A stretch of 64,000 nucleotides of DNA, from assembly GCA_963733035.1 (NCBI GenBank), contig CAVTBU010000004.1:192001-256000 (forward strand), in the 5' to 3' direction. The notes beneath the pieces were generated by a model. It did no database searches, was not told the DNA's origin, and saw nothing but the letters and a program-made list of their open reading frames with translations. Source of the stretch: Pirellulales bacterium. Lineage in GTDB: Bacteria; Planctomycetota; Planctomycetia; Pirellulales; PALSA-1355. Positions 11,601 through 21,856 of the stretch are shown piece by piece (position 1 is the first letter of the stretch; each line of letters begins with the position of its first letter). Position numbers and translations under genes: made by a program.

Positions 11601-12725
11601 GCCCAAAAGAAAGCGGAAGCAGAAGCGCGGGAGGCAGCCAGGCGTCGGGATCAGTTTCTCGCCATGTTGTCGCACGAGCTGCGAAATCCCCTGGGAGCCA
11701 TGCTCAATGCGACCCGACTGTTTAGCCACGCTGGCAATGACGCTGAAGCTCGCCAGCGGGCATGCGCGGCGATCGAGCGCCAGTCGAAGCAAATTGCTCG
11801 CCTGCTGGACGATTTGTTGGATGTCGCGCGGGTCACACAAGGAAGAATCCACATTCGAGAAGAAGTCGTGGACCTGTGCACGCTAGCGCGCGAGGCGATT
11901 CAGGTGATGCAGCCTCAGATCGATGGCTCCCAGCACAAGCTTGTGCTGGACGTTCCAGATCAGCCCATCTACGTCGTGGGCGATTCCGCGAGGTTGCTTC
12001 AAGTCCAAGAGAATCTGTTGGCCAATGCGACGAAGTATACACCTGCTTGTGGCGAGATTTGCGTTTCCATTCGTCAAGAAGATGGCGAAGCAGTGCTGAA
12101 CGTGAAGGACAATGGCGTCGGCATCGACCCCGAGATGCAGGAGAAGATCTTCGATCTCTTCGTTCAAGCGCCGAAAACGCTTGAAAGTGCGGACGCCGGC
12201 ATGGGTATTGGACTGACGATGGTGCAAACGATCGTTAAGCTGCATGGCGGGCGGGTCGTTGTGCGTAGCGAAGGCGTCGGCAAAGGGAGCGAATTTGAGG
12301 TTCGCTTGCCATTGACGGAAAGGCGACCGGTCGAATCTGATACCGGCCTGCCTGCTCAGGCTGACCACCTCCGTGTTTTAATCGTCGAGGACAATTCCGA
12401 CAGCCGCGAATTACTCAAGTCACTGCTACGAATCGATGGCTATGAAGTATCCGCAGCTCCCGACGGCTTGCAAGGCTATGAGGCGATTATTAAGGAGCGG
12501 CCCGATGTCGCACTTGTTGATATCAATCTTCCCGGGATTGATGGATACGAAATCGCCAGAAGAATCAGGGCCGATCAGGCGCATCGGTCGGTTCGCCTCG
12601 TGGCGCTGACAGGATACGGGCGGTCGGTGGACCGCGACGCGGTCTTTGCAGCGGGCTTCGATGAGCACCTTGTGAAGCCTGTTGCTCCGGAGGATCTAGA
12701 GCGCGCGCTACGCAAGCCCCGATAA
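8667..12725 (+). CDS. CheB-CheR-coiled coil-PAS-PAS hybrid histidine kinase/response regulator
   Basis: Che[17 protein letters not shown]; Che[14 protein letters not shown] and [15 protein letters not shown] heptads; [15 protein letters not shown]-terminal REC. Confidence 0.96.
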   Translation: MDELLQNSVPRDDARKADHAAAQLTSSIDAQAVAPASYYVVGVGASAGGLEALEQFFEHIPPDSGMAFVVVQHLSPDFKSLMDELLSRHTELAIHRVEDGMAVEPNAIYLIPPKKEMIIAGGRLLLTDKDPSTGLSLPIDTFFRSLAQDMGQRAIAVVLSGTGSDGSRGVRAIHEAGGLVIVQNEETAKFDGMPRSAVETGVVDLMLAPAAMSKALLNYIQHPVHGRKGGDTSDNITSETDMNAVYGLLRGEYGIDFSHYKPNTVLRRIDRRLQLNRSDDLAEYVKQLRADPRELNSLYKDLLIGVTRFFRDPGLFERLAQEVIPDILASVPVDDEIRAWVAGCATGEEAYSLAILIHEALTAAGRPVNVKIFATDVHRASLEFASAGVYQEDALTEVSRERLDRNFTKQMSGYQVSQDLRKMIVFAPHNVIKDAPFTKLDLISCRNLLIYLQPHAQNKALSLFHFGLKTRGALVLGPSESPGDISDEFETLDSHWKIYHKRRDVRLPTDMRLPLSPLLPQMQAVSAGLRTSKPVYPEPNLVKAYDELLGAYVPPSFLVNAQRELLHTFSGAGRFLSVPDGRPSQDLLDMLDHDLRLAISGALQRAMKENVAIAYGGVARQTGSDERLKVCVRPLPIRTSDDTYFLISLEPEVRSQQPAQSVSQLDVDAASHKRVGELEEELRYTKENLQATVEEMETTNEELQATNEELVASNEELQSTNEELHSVNEELYTVNAEYQRKITELTELTDDMDNLLRSTDVGTIFLDRDLLIRKFTPKIAHAFQLLPQDVGRRIDSFAHNILHDGLLDDVSHVLETEEPFERDVQDRFGQWFLLRILPYRSKGRVEGVVVTLIDISRIKKTEEELRRVSKVFMDGADPIIIEDMSGRIIDLNREAERAYGWARAELLNKSIDVLVPPECRAEATALREQCVVNDSVRNVESTRTDRFGNSSPVLLTFSLLHDDTDQPAGIASIAKDISAQKKAEAEAREAARRRDQFLAMLSHELRNPLGAMLNATRLFSHAGNDAEARQRACAAIERQSKQIARLLDDLLDVARVTQGRIHIREEVVDLCTLAREAIQVMQPQIDGSQHKLVLDVPDQPIYVVGDSARLLQVQENLLANATKYTPACGEICVSIRQEDGEAVLNVKDNGVGIDPEMQEKIFDLFVQAPKTLESADAGMGIGLTMVQTIVKLHGGRVVVRSEGVGKGSEFEVRLPLTERRPVESDTGLPAQADHLRVLIVEDNSDSRELLKSLLRIDGYEVSAAPDGLQGYEAIIKERPDVALVDINLPGIDGYEIARRIRADQAHRSVRLVALTGYGRSVDRDAVFAAGFDEHLVKPVAPEDLERALRKPR

Positions 12726-12898
12726 TCTTGATCGCCCTTCAAGAAGTAGGGGGCGAGAGCCGCAGCGATATCCGCTGCTGGTCTCGCCCCCAATAGCACG
12801 CTCAGGGCCGTTCCTTGCGGTTTCTTTCCTGTCCGTGGATGTCCGATCTGTGACCGGTCCGCTGGCATCGGTCGATGCCGACCCTGTTCGTGAGCTTC

Positions 12899-13672
12899 TC
12901 AGGCCGCTGTTGTTTCAGCCACGAACTCGTTGTGGATTGCGTCGACCAATTGCTCTGGATCAACCGGTTTCCGGAACCAGCGGTCAACCCCCTGAGGGCC
13001 GATCGTCACCTCGGCATCGGCCTGCTCAGTTCCCGTTACGGCGAAGATTCTTAGGGACTGATAGTCTGGGTTTTGGCGGATCGCTGAGACGGTCTGCCGG
13101 CCGTCGAATCTGGGCATCTTCATGTCCAGCAAGACGACATCGGGGCGATCGTTTGCGGACAGATGCACCATGGCCTGTAGTCCATCGATTGCCGTGTCGA
13201 CATGAAAGCCGCTGAGACGCAAATAGCCCGCCAGCAGCTCGCTTTCGTTGACGTCGTCTTCCACGAGCAATGCCCGACGCACTTTGCCGCCAGTTGTCGA
13301 GAGAGACGCGTCTGTTGATCCGCAAAACTCCTCCTCGAGCGATTTCAGCTCGTTGAAGATCTTGAAGATCGTCGGCTCAGAGTCGTCTGCTTGACCCGCC
13401 TCCAACATCCGCTGCAATAGCCGTAGACCGAGGGTGGCCTTCTGCAGCCGGTTGCGCACGGAATGTGTGAAGCGGTCGCTCTTGGCCGCCTGGTTTGCGT
13501 CCGCCGCACGGGTAGAGTCGCTGCCGACAAGTTCGTCTCGCAACACGGCGATATCTTTGGGGGCCTCGATGCCCAATCGCACCTTGTTGCCGACTACGCG
13601 CAGAATCTCAACCGTAATTCCAAGGGTGGGGAAAACGACCTTGTCGTTGCGTCCCCGAGAAAGAACAAGCAT
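12899..13672 (-). CDS. CsrA/RsmA domain fused to a C-terminal receiver domain
   Basis: MLVLSR...KVRLGIEAPKDIAVLRDEL (CsrA) from ATG 13672, then LLVEDD...VLLDMKMP...FRKP (REC). Confidence 0.9.
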   Translation of the reverse strand: MLVLSRGRNDKVVFPTLGITVEILRVVGNKVRLGIEAPKDIAVLRDELVGSDSTRAADANQAAKSDRFTHSVRNRLQKATLGLRLLQRMLEAGQADDSEPTIFKIFNELKSLEEEFCGSTDASLSTTGGKVRRALLVEDDVNESELLAGYLRLSGFHVDTAIDGLQAMVHLSANDRPDVVLLDMKMPRFDGRQTVSAIRQNPDYQSLRIFAVTGTEQADAEVTIGPQGVDRWFRKPVDPEQLVDAIHNEFVAETTAA

Positions 13673-14357
13673 GGGTGGGCCTCCATTCCCGCCGAGCCGT
13701 CGGCCGCCACTTGTGGCCTTACTGCAAATCGACGCGCTCTGGTGCGGTGAAGTCGTCTGACACGCCGGCCAAGGCCGCTGATCCAGGTCAGTCGCCGAAT
13801 AAAATGACTTTCGACGCTGTTCCAAGCGGCAGTCGCCAGCCCGACTTCCTTGTCGAGGCATCCACGTGGAGGTCCGTTCCACGCTGACCCGCAGGGTCAG
13901 GATCGATTTTTTTACGTTGCACCTGCGATCTGATCAAGACCGCTTTCCGATGAATCGAGGAGACGCTAGCAAGGCTTTCGGAATCAGCTTTGGCTCCAAA
14001 GCAATCCGTCGAAGGTCACATCACTCCTAGCCCGTGGAATAAGATCGCGAACGCGTGCAAGATGAGACCGATGAAGGCGACTGCCCCGAGTAGCACGAAC
14101 GGGAGGGCCAGTCCGACAGAAGTCAGCATCACCACCGATGCCGTGAGCCAAACGACGTGCCAAACACTCGACAGCGAGGCCGGCTGCGACTCCAATTCGT
14201 TCAGTCTGCCAACCCTGACCTGTAAAGGCCATCGGGCCGACAGCGACCCAGGGTATCACCCCGGCAGTGACAATTTGGCTTGGCCATACATGCCAAAATG
14301 ACACGCCATTGTCGCCAATCGCCTCTGGAAGACGGCAAGTCTTTGCAAAGAACCGGC

Positions 14358-14373
14358 GGGCACGGCAGTTGCT
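14358..14373 (+). promoter_or_regulatory. Sigma-54 -24/-12 promoter
   Basis: GGGCACGGCAGTTGCT, about 50 bp before ATG 14423. Confidence 0.7.
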
Positions 14374-14422
14374 GTCTATCGCAATGTCAAGTCAGCAGGC
14401 CGCTCAAGGTGGGAACCGTACG

Positions 14423-15364
14423 ATGAAAACACAATGGGTATTCAATAATTGCGGTCGGGATAAACGGAAGGCACAGGCATACTGGGAAAAGAAGGCGCAC
14501 CGGCTAAATCGCCTAATGTCAAACTACCGCCCTGAGCTGCGCCGCATTCGTTTGACGGTGTACCGCCACGATGCACGGGACGAGTGGGAGATGCGCGGCG
14601 TCGTGCACCTGCCCACCGGTACCCTTGTCTCGGAGGAGACCTGTGCGACGTTGCACGAATGCATCGACAAGGTGGCCGACGAGTTGGCGCGTGAGATCCG
14701 CCGGCACAAGAGTAAGGTAAGAAAAGATCATCTCTATCGTCGCCGGCGTCGGCGGCGTCAACAGCTGTCGGCCGCGGGCCCGTACCTAGCGCAAGATGCC
14801 TCAGACGGGCGAAAGGATGCCTTCGTGGCGATGTTGTTACCGTTGATGGATCAAGTTTGCGACCATGCTCGACGCGAGCTGCGGATCCTCGTGCACGATG
14901 GAACGCTTCCCAAGGGGGAATGGTACGCGCGCGACCTGGTCGATGATGTCCTGGTCCGCGCATGCGAATCGTTTGGCGAACGGCCGAACGACGTATCGCT
15001 CGACGTGTGGCGGATCGAACTACTCCACCAGCGCTTGCAGGAACTGTGTCAGCAGATTGAACCTGTATCGCTTGCCGCGTCGTCCTCTCGGTCACGAGCC
15101 ATTGACAACGACGACAACGAGGATCTGGACGATATCCAATATTGGCGGGAACTTCTGCTGGAACCGCCCGAGGAATTGTCGTTGGAGGAGTTGCTGCCAG
15201 ACGATGATGTGGGGGACATGTGGGACGAATTGTCCGCACAAGAACAACGCGACGGGTTGAAACGGCTTCTGTGGAAGCTACCCAAGCATCAGAGACAAGC
15301 TCTGATGCTGCACGACGCGCAGGATACTGGATCGTCACGAAAGCAACGTCGAGAACGACATTGA
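14423..15364 (+). CDS. HPF/RaiA-like domain fused to a sigma-70-like C-terminal region (3' end possibly frameshifted)
   Basis: VHLPTGTL...LHECIDKVADELAREIRRHK (HPF-like); ARDLVDDVLVRA and LWKLPKHQRQALML (sigma region 2/4-like). Confidence 0.7.
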   Translation: MKTQWVFNNCGRDKRKAQAYWEKKAHRLNRLMSNYRPELRRIRLTVYRHDARDEWEMRGVVHLPTGTLVSEETCATLHECIDKVADELAREIRRHKSKVRKDHLYRRRRRRRQQLSAAGPYLAQDASDGRKDAFVAMLLPLMDQVCDHARRELRILVHDGTLPKGEWYARDLVDDVLVRACESFGERPNDVSLDVWRIELLHQRLQELCQQIEPVSLAASSSRSRAIDNDDNEDLDDIQYWRELLLEPPEELSLEELLPDDDVGDMWDELSAQEQRDGLKRLLWKLPKHQRQALMLHDAQDTGSSRKQRRERH

Positions 15365-15470
15365 AGCAGCGCGCAGTAGGCTGAGAACCGAATTGACTGC
15401 GACCATTTGATTAGCCGCGCTGTATCGATGTTCCGCTGGCACAATGCAATCTGCAACGTGGGATCAATTC

Positions 15471-15971
15471 CTAGTCTCCGACACCAATGTCAACTTGGAT
15501 TGCTTCATAGATCAGGTCCGTCTCCCGTGACTGAAAGTGCCGCAACGCAGTCAGCAGCCATGCAAGTCGTTGGCGAACGTCGGAGACGTCGGAGGAACCA
15601 TCGGGCACGCTCGACGACGAGAACTCCGTTCGCAGTGAACCGATCTGACGGACCAGGTCATCGTATTGGCGTCGCAACTGCTGGACGCGATTCTCAAGCC
15701 TGGGGGCCTCATTCAGAATGTCCGCCAACAGGCCCTCTTCGCCGCTCAAGTCGGCGGACTGCCTTTGCATCGTCTTGCCCAGTACGTCCAGCGCCTTGAC
15801 CACGGCCGTACGCCATGCTGATTCACGGTGCGGAGCCGGTTTTGCCAACGCGGATTCCAACACATGCATGGCCTTTAGCATAAGCTGACGCGTTAGCTGG
15901 CTGGCATCAACGGCCTGATCGCGTCGTGATTGATCGATTCGAGTGGATTTGCCTGGGGATGTGTGGCTCAT
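15471..15971 (-). CDS. Hemerythrin-like helical hypothetical protein
   Basis: APRLENRVQQLRRQY...RHFQSRETDLIYEAIQVDIGVGD; AAGGAG upstream of ATG 15971. Confidence 0.7.
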   Translation of the reverse strand: MSHTSPGKSTRIDQSRRDQAVDASQLTRQLMLKAMHVLESALAKPAPHRESAWRTAVVKALDVLGKTMQRQSADLSGEEGLLADILNEAPRLENRVQQLRRQYDDLVRQIGSLRTEFSSSSVPDGSSDVSDVRQRLAWLLTALRHFQSRETDLIYEAIQVDIGVGD

Positions 15972-16039
15972 GCGCGATCTCCTGCTGATTTGCTTACTCT
16001 CCTTTGATGCGTGTCTTGCCACTTGTCCTACGGAGTCCA

Positions 16040-16055
16040 TGCAAAGCTAGTGCCA
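16040..16055 (-). promoter_or_regulatory. Sigma-54 -24/-12 promoter
   Basis: Minus strand reads TGGCACTAGCTTTGCA, a near-perfect consensus about 70 bp before the ATG. Confidence 0.75.
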
Positions 16056-16776
16056 TTGCATAATGAAAACTATCGCGAGGCCCCCCGGCACAACAAAGCT
16101 GCCGACACGACTCTTGACGGCGCCAGTTTGATGGTTAGCAACGGTTTGGTAGTGGCCGAAATCTCCACCGCCGCAACGCGCCCAGACATCTCTGCGTCGA
16201 AGCAACGGACTGAGCAGCGAACGACTCAGACAGCCGCGGGGCGGAACACTGCTCGGCCGCCGGAGATTCCGATCTCCCTGTCAAATTGGCGTCTCAATTG
16301 CCACTATTGCCGCCCTGCTGGCGTCAGACTGTCGCACTCTCGCAGTGGAAGAACTCCCAGCAAGCGTTGGCACGCATGTTGTACAAGCGGATTCCGCGCA
16401 ACGGGTTCCAAGACGCGCGCCGCTGGTCGCTTTGTTCGGTGCATGGGATCTATCATGACGACGCGTACGGTGAATCCGAATACCCTCATCGAGGTCATCC
16501 GCGCGTTGCTGCATCGTTTTCGTCCCGCGATCCAACATGGTGTACACAATGAGCGGACAGAGCGATGGTCCCAAAATGGATTCCTCGTCCAAGCAAATGG
16601 CGCGGTTGGCGGCGATCGGCGAACAAGTCGCGTTGGCGGAAAATAAAGGACGACTGGCGTGCCGGGCCACGGCCAAATACCGAGGACCTAGAAGTAGCGG
16701 TGATCAGTCTTGTGGGCGCACAAGTCTTTGGCTGATATGAAGAAGGGATGTCGACCAGCCTCGGACGCCGGCCAGA

Positions 16777-16855
16777 AAAAGTTCTAACCGTGTCCAGTCG
16801 CCCCGATTTTGACGAGACAGAAGGCCCTTCGGCAAAAATGTCGAAGGGTTTTTTT
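16777..16855 (+). repeat. tRNA-Pro-3'-like junction relic plus hairpin/T-run
   Basis: AAAAGTTC-TAACCGTG-TCCAGTCGCCCCGA (16777-16806), then GCCCTTCGGCA-AAAA-TGTCGAAGGGT and a T-run. Confidence 0.7.
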
Positions 16856-17455
16856 CTTTGGTGGGTCGGTAGTTACGTAACGATGACACAGGGTTCAAAT
16901 CGGCCGCTCGGTCAAGTGGGTTTTCTGCGGCTCGCTGATCTAAACCAATAGCCAGTCATCACTTTGTGTGGTTCAAAAACCGGTAGCGTGCGTCGGACCG
17001 GAGCGGGATGTAGTCAGACGCTTGCGAACAAAGGTCACGCCCTCATGTGCATGAACTTGCTTCCGGTTTCCGGCGTGCAGCGACCCTCGGTGGTAACCAG
17101 AATGCCTTTGCGCCAGGGAATCTCGGACGATACAGCCATTCTCCAGTAACGGCATCCAAGCACGTGAAGATGCCGCCATCTCATCTGGCAATGTAGACGT
17201 ATCCGTCGTAAAGCAAGGGGATGCCAATACCGGCCCGTTCTGTCGCGTATTCCAAACCAGGCTACTCTTGGCTGAATCACTTCTCGACCATTGATTCCGC
17301 CCAAGTCTCCAGCCCTCTTCGGCAAGAAGTTCGTTGGTGCATGACTTCGCTGGAACTTTCTCGGCAAGCGACTCAGATTTCTTCCAGCAATCGCACGAAG
17401 TGAGTTACAAATCGGGCCTGCTCCGCGGCTGATCCCGACCGGAACAAAGCGGACG

Positions 17456-19780
17456 CTACCGGCGGCGCTTCTGGGTGGCGACGATGGGACGGCGCTCGAG
17501 TTTGTCGAGAATTTCCATGAACCGAGGTCGGTTGCGGTACTTTTCGCGAATATCTTTGACGAGTTCGATCCAGAAGTCGTCGCGATCGAGCGACTGCATG
17601 ATCGGCCGCATCTTGCGGAGGCAGGTGGCGACGGACTCGTAGGCGCCTTGATTGGCTTGCGGGAGATGCGCTTCGAGCTCAAGGTGGTAAACCTCTAACG
17701 CTCGCTCGGGATGAGACTTGGCCACGGCGGCCGCGACGCGAGAGGCGAGCCCCGCAGCGGAGTTCCAAGCCATCGCTCGGGAGGCACCACCTGACCTCGA
17801 CTTATCGTTGGCGACAATCGTGTCGAACCACCGGAGCGCTTGATCTGGTCTTTTCTCAGCGATAGCGAGGTCGACAAGAACGTCGAGGTACTTCCGCTGG
17901 CGATCATAGGGACTAGGCGGGCGAAGGAAGGCGGCGGCGAGGTAGTCGGGTAGCGGTAACGGCCAGCCGTCTTCGCAGATGAACCGAAGAGTTGGCGACG
18001 TCGAAGGCGCAGCGAACCCCTGCTTCGCGGATCTTGCTCGTTTCTTCTTCAACGCCGACGTTGCCGCTTGGGCAGGCGCGGTCTGGCAACGGATGGGGGC
18101 AATTCCCGTTTCCAGGAACTGTTCGGCGCGGCGGCGCACCGAGGTTCCGCATTTGGCCTTCTCGGCGGCGCCCACCAGATCCTGGAACGACTTGACATTG
18201 GGATTGCGAAAGAACTCGCACGCGGCTCGTGCCGCAACGACGTCCCATTGCTTGCGGCTGCGGGCCAGATCGACAAGCTTATCGGCCAGATGGGAAGCGA
18301 TGCCCGGGAGTTTCTCGTAGGTATGTTCAATCCCCTCCCGGGCCCAGTGCTCGGCGTCGTCGAAACGCTTGAGCTGCATCAAGTGATTGACCAGCCGTTC
18401 GTAACTGCCGGTGCGTCGGACCTCCGCTTCGTAAAGCGGGAGGACCTCGTCGTCTCGGCCCGCCTGTTCGAGGGAGTGAACGAGCCAATCGCTGAGCGAG
18501 TCGCGGCGATAATTGCGGCTCCAACCATCGAGACCATCGCCCACATTCCTGCTGTCTTCAGCGTTCTTATGCTCCTTCGACGAGGGATCGAGTCGGGCGG
18601 CCAGCGTGTCGGCGACCGCGGACCAGTCGGCACTCGACCATCGCGCGTCGAGAATACTTGCGGCCGACTCACCGATGTAATCCCACTGGTCGAGCTCGCA
18701 AGCGTCGATCGCGTAGAGAATCTTCTCGGCCGGCGACAGCGACGAAACAGCGACGGCGGCGAAGACGACGGGGAAGCACTCAGCCAAGGCCATGCCGGTC
18801 TCGCCTTCGTCATGCGACTGACCGACTTGGCTCATGCCACGCTCGAAGAGTTCTCGGCCCAATTCGACGACCGCGTCGGCATGACCGAGTTCGGCAAGGC
18901 GTTCAAAGCGGTGTTTGAGCCGGCTGTAGTCAGGCGTGTGGCCGTCGTGCTGCCAATGGTTCTGCCAGCCAATTTCGGACGTGACTGAGCGGAGCTCCTT
19001 GCGAGCCTCGCCAATCAGCCGGGCAGCGTCCCCTTCGCCGAGGAGGATGCGTTCCTGGAACTCCTGGCGGATCTCGGGAAAGCGATTGACGAGCTCAACT
19101 ACACATTTCGCCAATTCGGCGGCGGACTTCTTCTCAATGTCGGCCTGGATGAGGGCGTCCCATTCGGCGCGCGAACGACGGGGCGTTTTGGCCGTGGAGT
19201 TGGGGCTCTTGGATTTCCCGCCGGGACTACGTGTGCCTCGGCGAGAAGTTCTCATGGATGAGATTCGGGCAGACCGCGACGAGTCTTCATCATCCTCGTC
19301 CCAGTAGTCGTCGGTCTCGTCGTCGTAAAACTGTTCTTCCTCTTCGTACTCGTCAGCCGAGGACTCCGCGAGACGAGCCCAACGGGAATCGTCGGCCGCG
19401 GCCGCGGGGGGCGACTTACCGTCGGCAATTTGAGCAAGATACTCGGCGATCACGGCGACCGCGTGCTTGCACTGACTGCCAACCGGGCAGGTGCAGATTC
19501 CTACGATTTGGCCGCGAGACTTCTTCTTCGCTTCGAGATGCGCCGAAGTGACGTAACGGCGCGTCCCCTGGACTGCCGCAAGCAGCCGACCATCGCTGGA
19601 AACGGCCAAGTTTCTCACTTGGCCGCTCCGCTGGTATGAGCGCCCGCGTTGAACGCTGCGGCTGCCGAAAGCCTGGTCGAGATCGTCCCACGTGAGCTTG
19701 GCCCAGGCGGCTGCATGGGGAATCGCTGCAACGGCGTGTGGCTGGTCCAGGCGTGAAGCGGACGTTTTCTTGCGCGGCAT
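17456..19780 (-). CDS. SWIM zinc-finger domain protein with helical-repeat C-terminus
   Basis: RGRSYQRSGQV...VQGTRRY...CTCPVGSQCKHAVA (CxC-xn-CxH), an acidic linker, and a C-terminal YRNRPRFMEIL. Confidence 0.88.
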   Translation of the reverse strand: MPRKKTSASRLDQPHAVAAIPHAAAWAKLTWDDLDQAFGSRSVQRGRSYQRSGQVRNLAVSSDGRLLAAVQGTRRYVTSAHLEAKKKSRGQIVGICTCPVGSQCKHAVAVIAEYLAQIADGKSPPAAAADDSRWARLAESSADEYEEEEQFYDDETDDYWDEDDEDSSRSARISSMRTSRRGTRSPGGKSKSPNSTAKTPRRSRAEWDALIQADIEKKSAAELAKCVVELVNRFPEIRQEFQERILLGEGDAARLIGEARKELRSVTSEIGWQNHWQHDGHTPDYSRLKHRFERLAELGHADAVVELGRELFERGMSQVGQSHDEGETGMALAECFPVVFAAVAVSSLSPAEKILYAIDACELDQWDYIGESAASILDARWSSADWSAVADTLAARLDPSSKEHKNAEDSRNVGDGLDGWSRNYRRDSLSDWLVHSLEQAGRDDEVLPLYEAEVRRTGSYERLVNHLMQLKRFDDAEHWAREGIEHTYEKLPGIASHLADKLVDLARSRKQWDVVAARAACEFFRNPNVKSFQDLVGAAEKAKCGTSVRRRAEQFLETGIAPIRCQTAPAQAATSALKKKRARSAKQGFAAPSTSPTLRFICEDGWPLPLPDYLAAAFLRPPSPYDRQRKYLDVLVDLAIAEKRPDQALRWFDTIVANDKSRSGGASRAMAWNSAAGLASRVAAAVAKSHPERALEVYHLELEAHLPQANQGAYESVATCLRKMRPIMQSLDRDDFWIELVKDIREKYRNRPRFMEILDKLERRPIVATQKRRR

Positions 19781-20391
19781 GAAGAGTAAGTCTGCGTGAG
19801 TAGCGGGGCTGTTCGAACAGATTATCATAAGGGTGTTTGTGCAGAGCGTCGATCGCCTGGGCGACGACCGGTTGTGCGAAAAATCGCACGACTTACGAGG
19901 CGAGCTATAGTACCTTGGTTGATCCAAGATCCGGCCGACATGCCGTTCCGAAGAGGTGGCAACTGGCGCAGGTAAGGGATGCGGCATTCAAAGTCCTGGC
20001 TCACAAGACAGCAGGTTCTCGAATGGCAACGCCTTCTGCCGCGCGTTTGAGTGCTTCGGTCGGCCGGACCGACCGTTATTCGAGGGCGCTCAATGCCGCG
20101 GCGGGTACATCGTCCGGCCGCACTTCGAAATTGTGGCGCGGCGCAGAGGTGGAAAGCATCGACCGCTGCGAGACGTGTAGTCACCTTTGATGGCGATTAG
20201 CGACCTGGGACGGGCCGCGTTCGTGACCAATGACGGACCGACCTGGGCCAAGAACACGCAAGTATCCGACCTACCTGCTGGCTCACGCCTCTGGTCATCG
20301 CTGCTGGCGGCCAGCCACCGCGTCGGATTCCCCCAGAACTCGTTGTCCGGAATGGATTAAGCTGTTGGGCCATGTCTTGAGGGCATTCGAA

Positions 20392-20421
20392 AAAAGTTCA
20401 ATAGCCGTCCAGTTGCCCCGA
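20392..20421 (+). repeat. tRNA-Pro-3'-like junction relic
   Basis: AAAAGTTCAATAGCCGTCCAGTTGCCCCGA, 28/30 identical to 58345-58374. Confidence 0.7.
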
Positions 20422-21012
20422 CTAGAGTTACGACAAATACCTATCCGTTGCTAGTTCCACTAACCAGCCTCCGTGTGGCTGATTTCTTCCTCGCGGACTC
20501 TGCGTTGCGCCAAGGGCGTGCATGTCGTCTGGCGCCGTTTGGCGAGTCCGAAGCGCGTTGCACTTGACGACTTAGCGTCTCACGCCGATGGCGCTATCTC
20601 GACGCTGCTGGCCGGTAAAATCCTGTGCGCTTGACACTTTGTCAAGCGGTCGCGAGCCTCCGTCGGATTCAGGACTTGGTGGGCACATGATTCAGAATCA
20701 CGTTTCCGGCTGGGGTTAGGAGGGCTGCAAAGGGGCTGGAGCGTTGACGACGAAAAGTGCCAGTAAGCGACGCCGTTCGAAAGTGTCCGCCTACGACCCC
20801 GACCGATCGCGACAGTGGACTTGAAGGGTGAGAGATCATGCGGGAAGCAGGACTTGAAAATACGCTCCCTCTCGGGGACTGGGTCTCCAAGGCCGGTCCA
20901 GCAATGCAAAAGGGCTGGATTCTGCGGGACCGGGGACACCGACTGGCATTCGCTGCCACAATGGTCCAGTATCGGCGCCGCGTGCTCCGTTGCCGGCCGA
21001 GAAACGCGCGGC

Positions 21013-21813
21013 CTACGAGCAGAGGCCAGCACGGCGCCGGCAGAAGAGTAGTCCGGCCACCAGGGCGCTAAGGGCCAGGCCGAACGTTGCGGGTTCTGGA
21101 ACGTTCAACTGGATCGTGCTCGTCGGAAAGCTGGCGGGGGCCTGCGACGTTGGAATACCGTCCCCAAATTCGTTGAGTGTATAGATGCCCCAGGCGCTCC
21201 CTGCGATGGGCACGATCGCGACGGAGCTAGGAATCATTTCCGTGCGGCGCACCAGGACGGTGCCCAGCAAGGTCGGAAAGCCAAGCGCGTTGGCAGCGCC
21301 CTGGCCGGGACGGACCGCTTCACCGTATTGACGATTCGCGGCCTCTTGGGGGGACGCTTCCACGATGATGCTTTTCAGGTCAGTGGCGTCCGACCCAAAG
21401 TCGGCATTTCCGAATTGCCAATGCGCTTGGATCCCCCCGGACGTTGCTCCGTTGCTGTCGTACATGGCCAGCGATGGGGACGCCGGATAGTACCCATTCG
21501 TTTGGGCAACGCCTGGATCGAGCCAACCGGAGCCGTTTTCCAATCCGGGTGCGAGCTGCACGTCGAAAATCGCGGTCCAAAAGTCTTCGTCGGCAGCGAG
21601 GTCGTTCACGCTCAGACGAAACTCGTATTGCAGATAGCCACCCACCGGAGTTGCCGCGCCATCGTCCGCGAGCTCACCAATGGAGTTCAACGCGGCGTCG
21701 AAACTCTGAACATAGCTGGGCACAATCGACATCGTCGCTCCCGCCGCAGTGAGCGGCAACGGCGCAAACAGCCAGCAAAGCATGATCGCCAGTGAGTTGC
21801 GGATGGACTTCAT
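21013..21813 (-). CDS. PEP-CTERM sorting-domain surface protein
   Basis: Signal peptide, and a C-terminal VPEP + TM helix + RRR. Confidence 0.9.
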   Translation of the reverse strand: MKSIRNSLAIMLCWLFAPLPLTAAGATMSIVPSYVQSFDAALNSIGELADDGAATPVGGYLQYEFRLSVNDLAADEDFWTAIFDVQLAPGLENGSGWLDPGVAQTNGYYPASPSLAMYDSNGATSGGIQAHWQFGNADFGSDATDLKSIIVEASPQEAANRQYGEAVRPGQGAANALGFPTLLGTVLVRRTEMIPSSVAIVPIAGSAWGIYTLNEFGDGIPTSQAPASFPTSTIQLNVPEPATFGLALSALVAGLLFCRRRAGLCS

Positions 21814-21856
21814 AGTTGTCTCGTTCGGTATCAATTGTCACGAAGTGCTATTCGAC

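Noticed and set aside
8667..12725. Chemotaxis operon
   Set aside because: CheB and CheR are domains of a hybrid kinase, and no MCP, CheA or CheW genes are present.
16368..16646. Sigma-54-like motif TGGCACGCATGTTGTA and a short downstream ORF
   Set aside because: The -12 element is GT rather than GC, and the ORF has no recognisable features.
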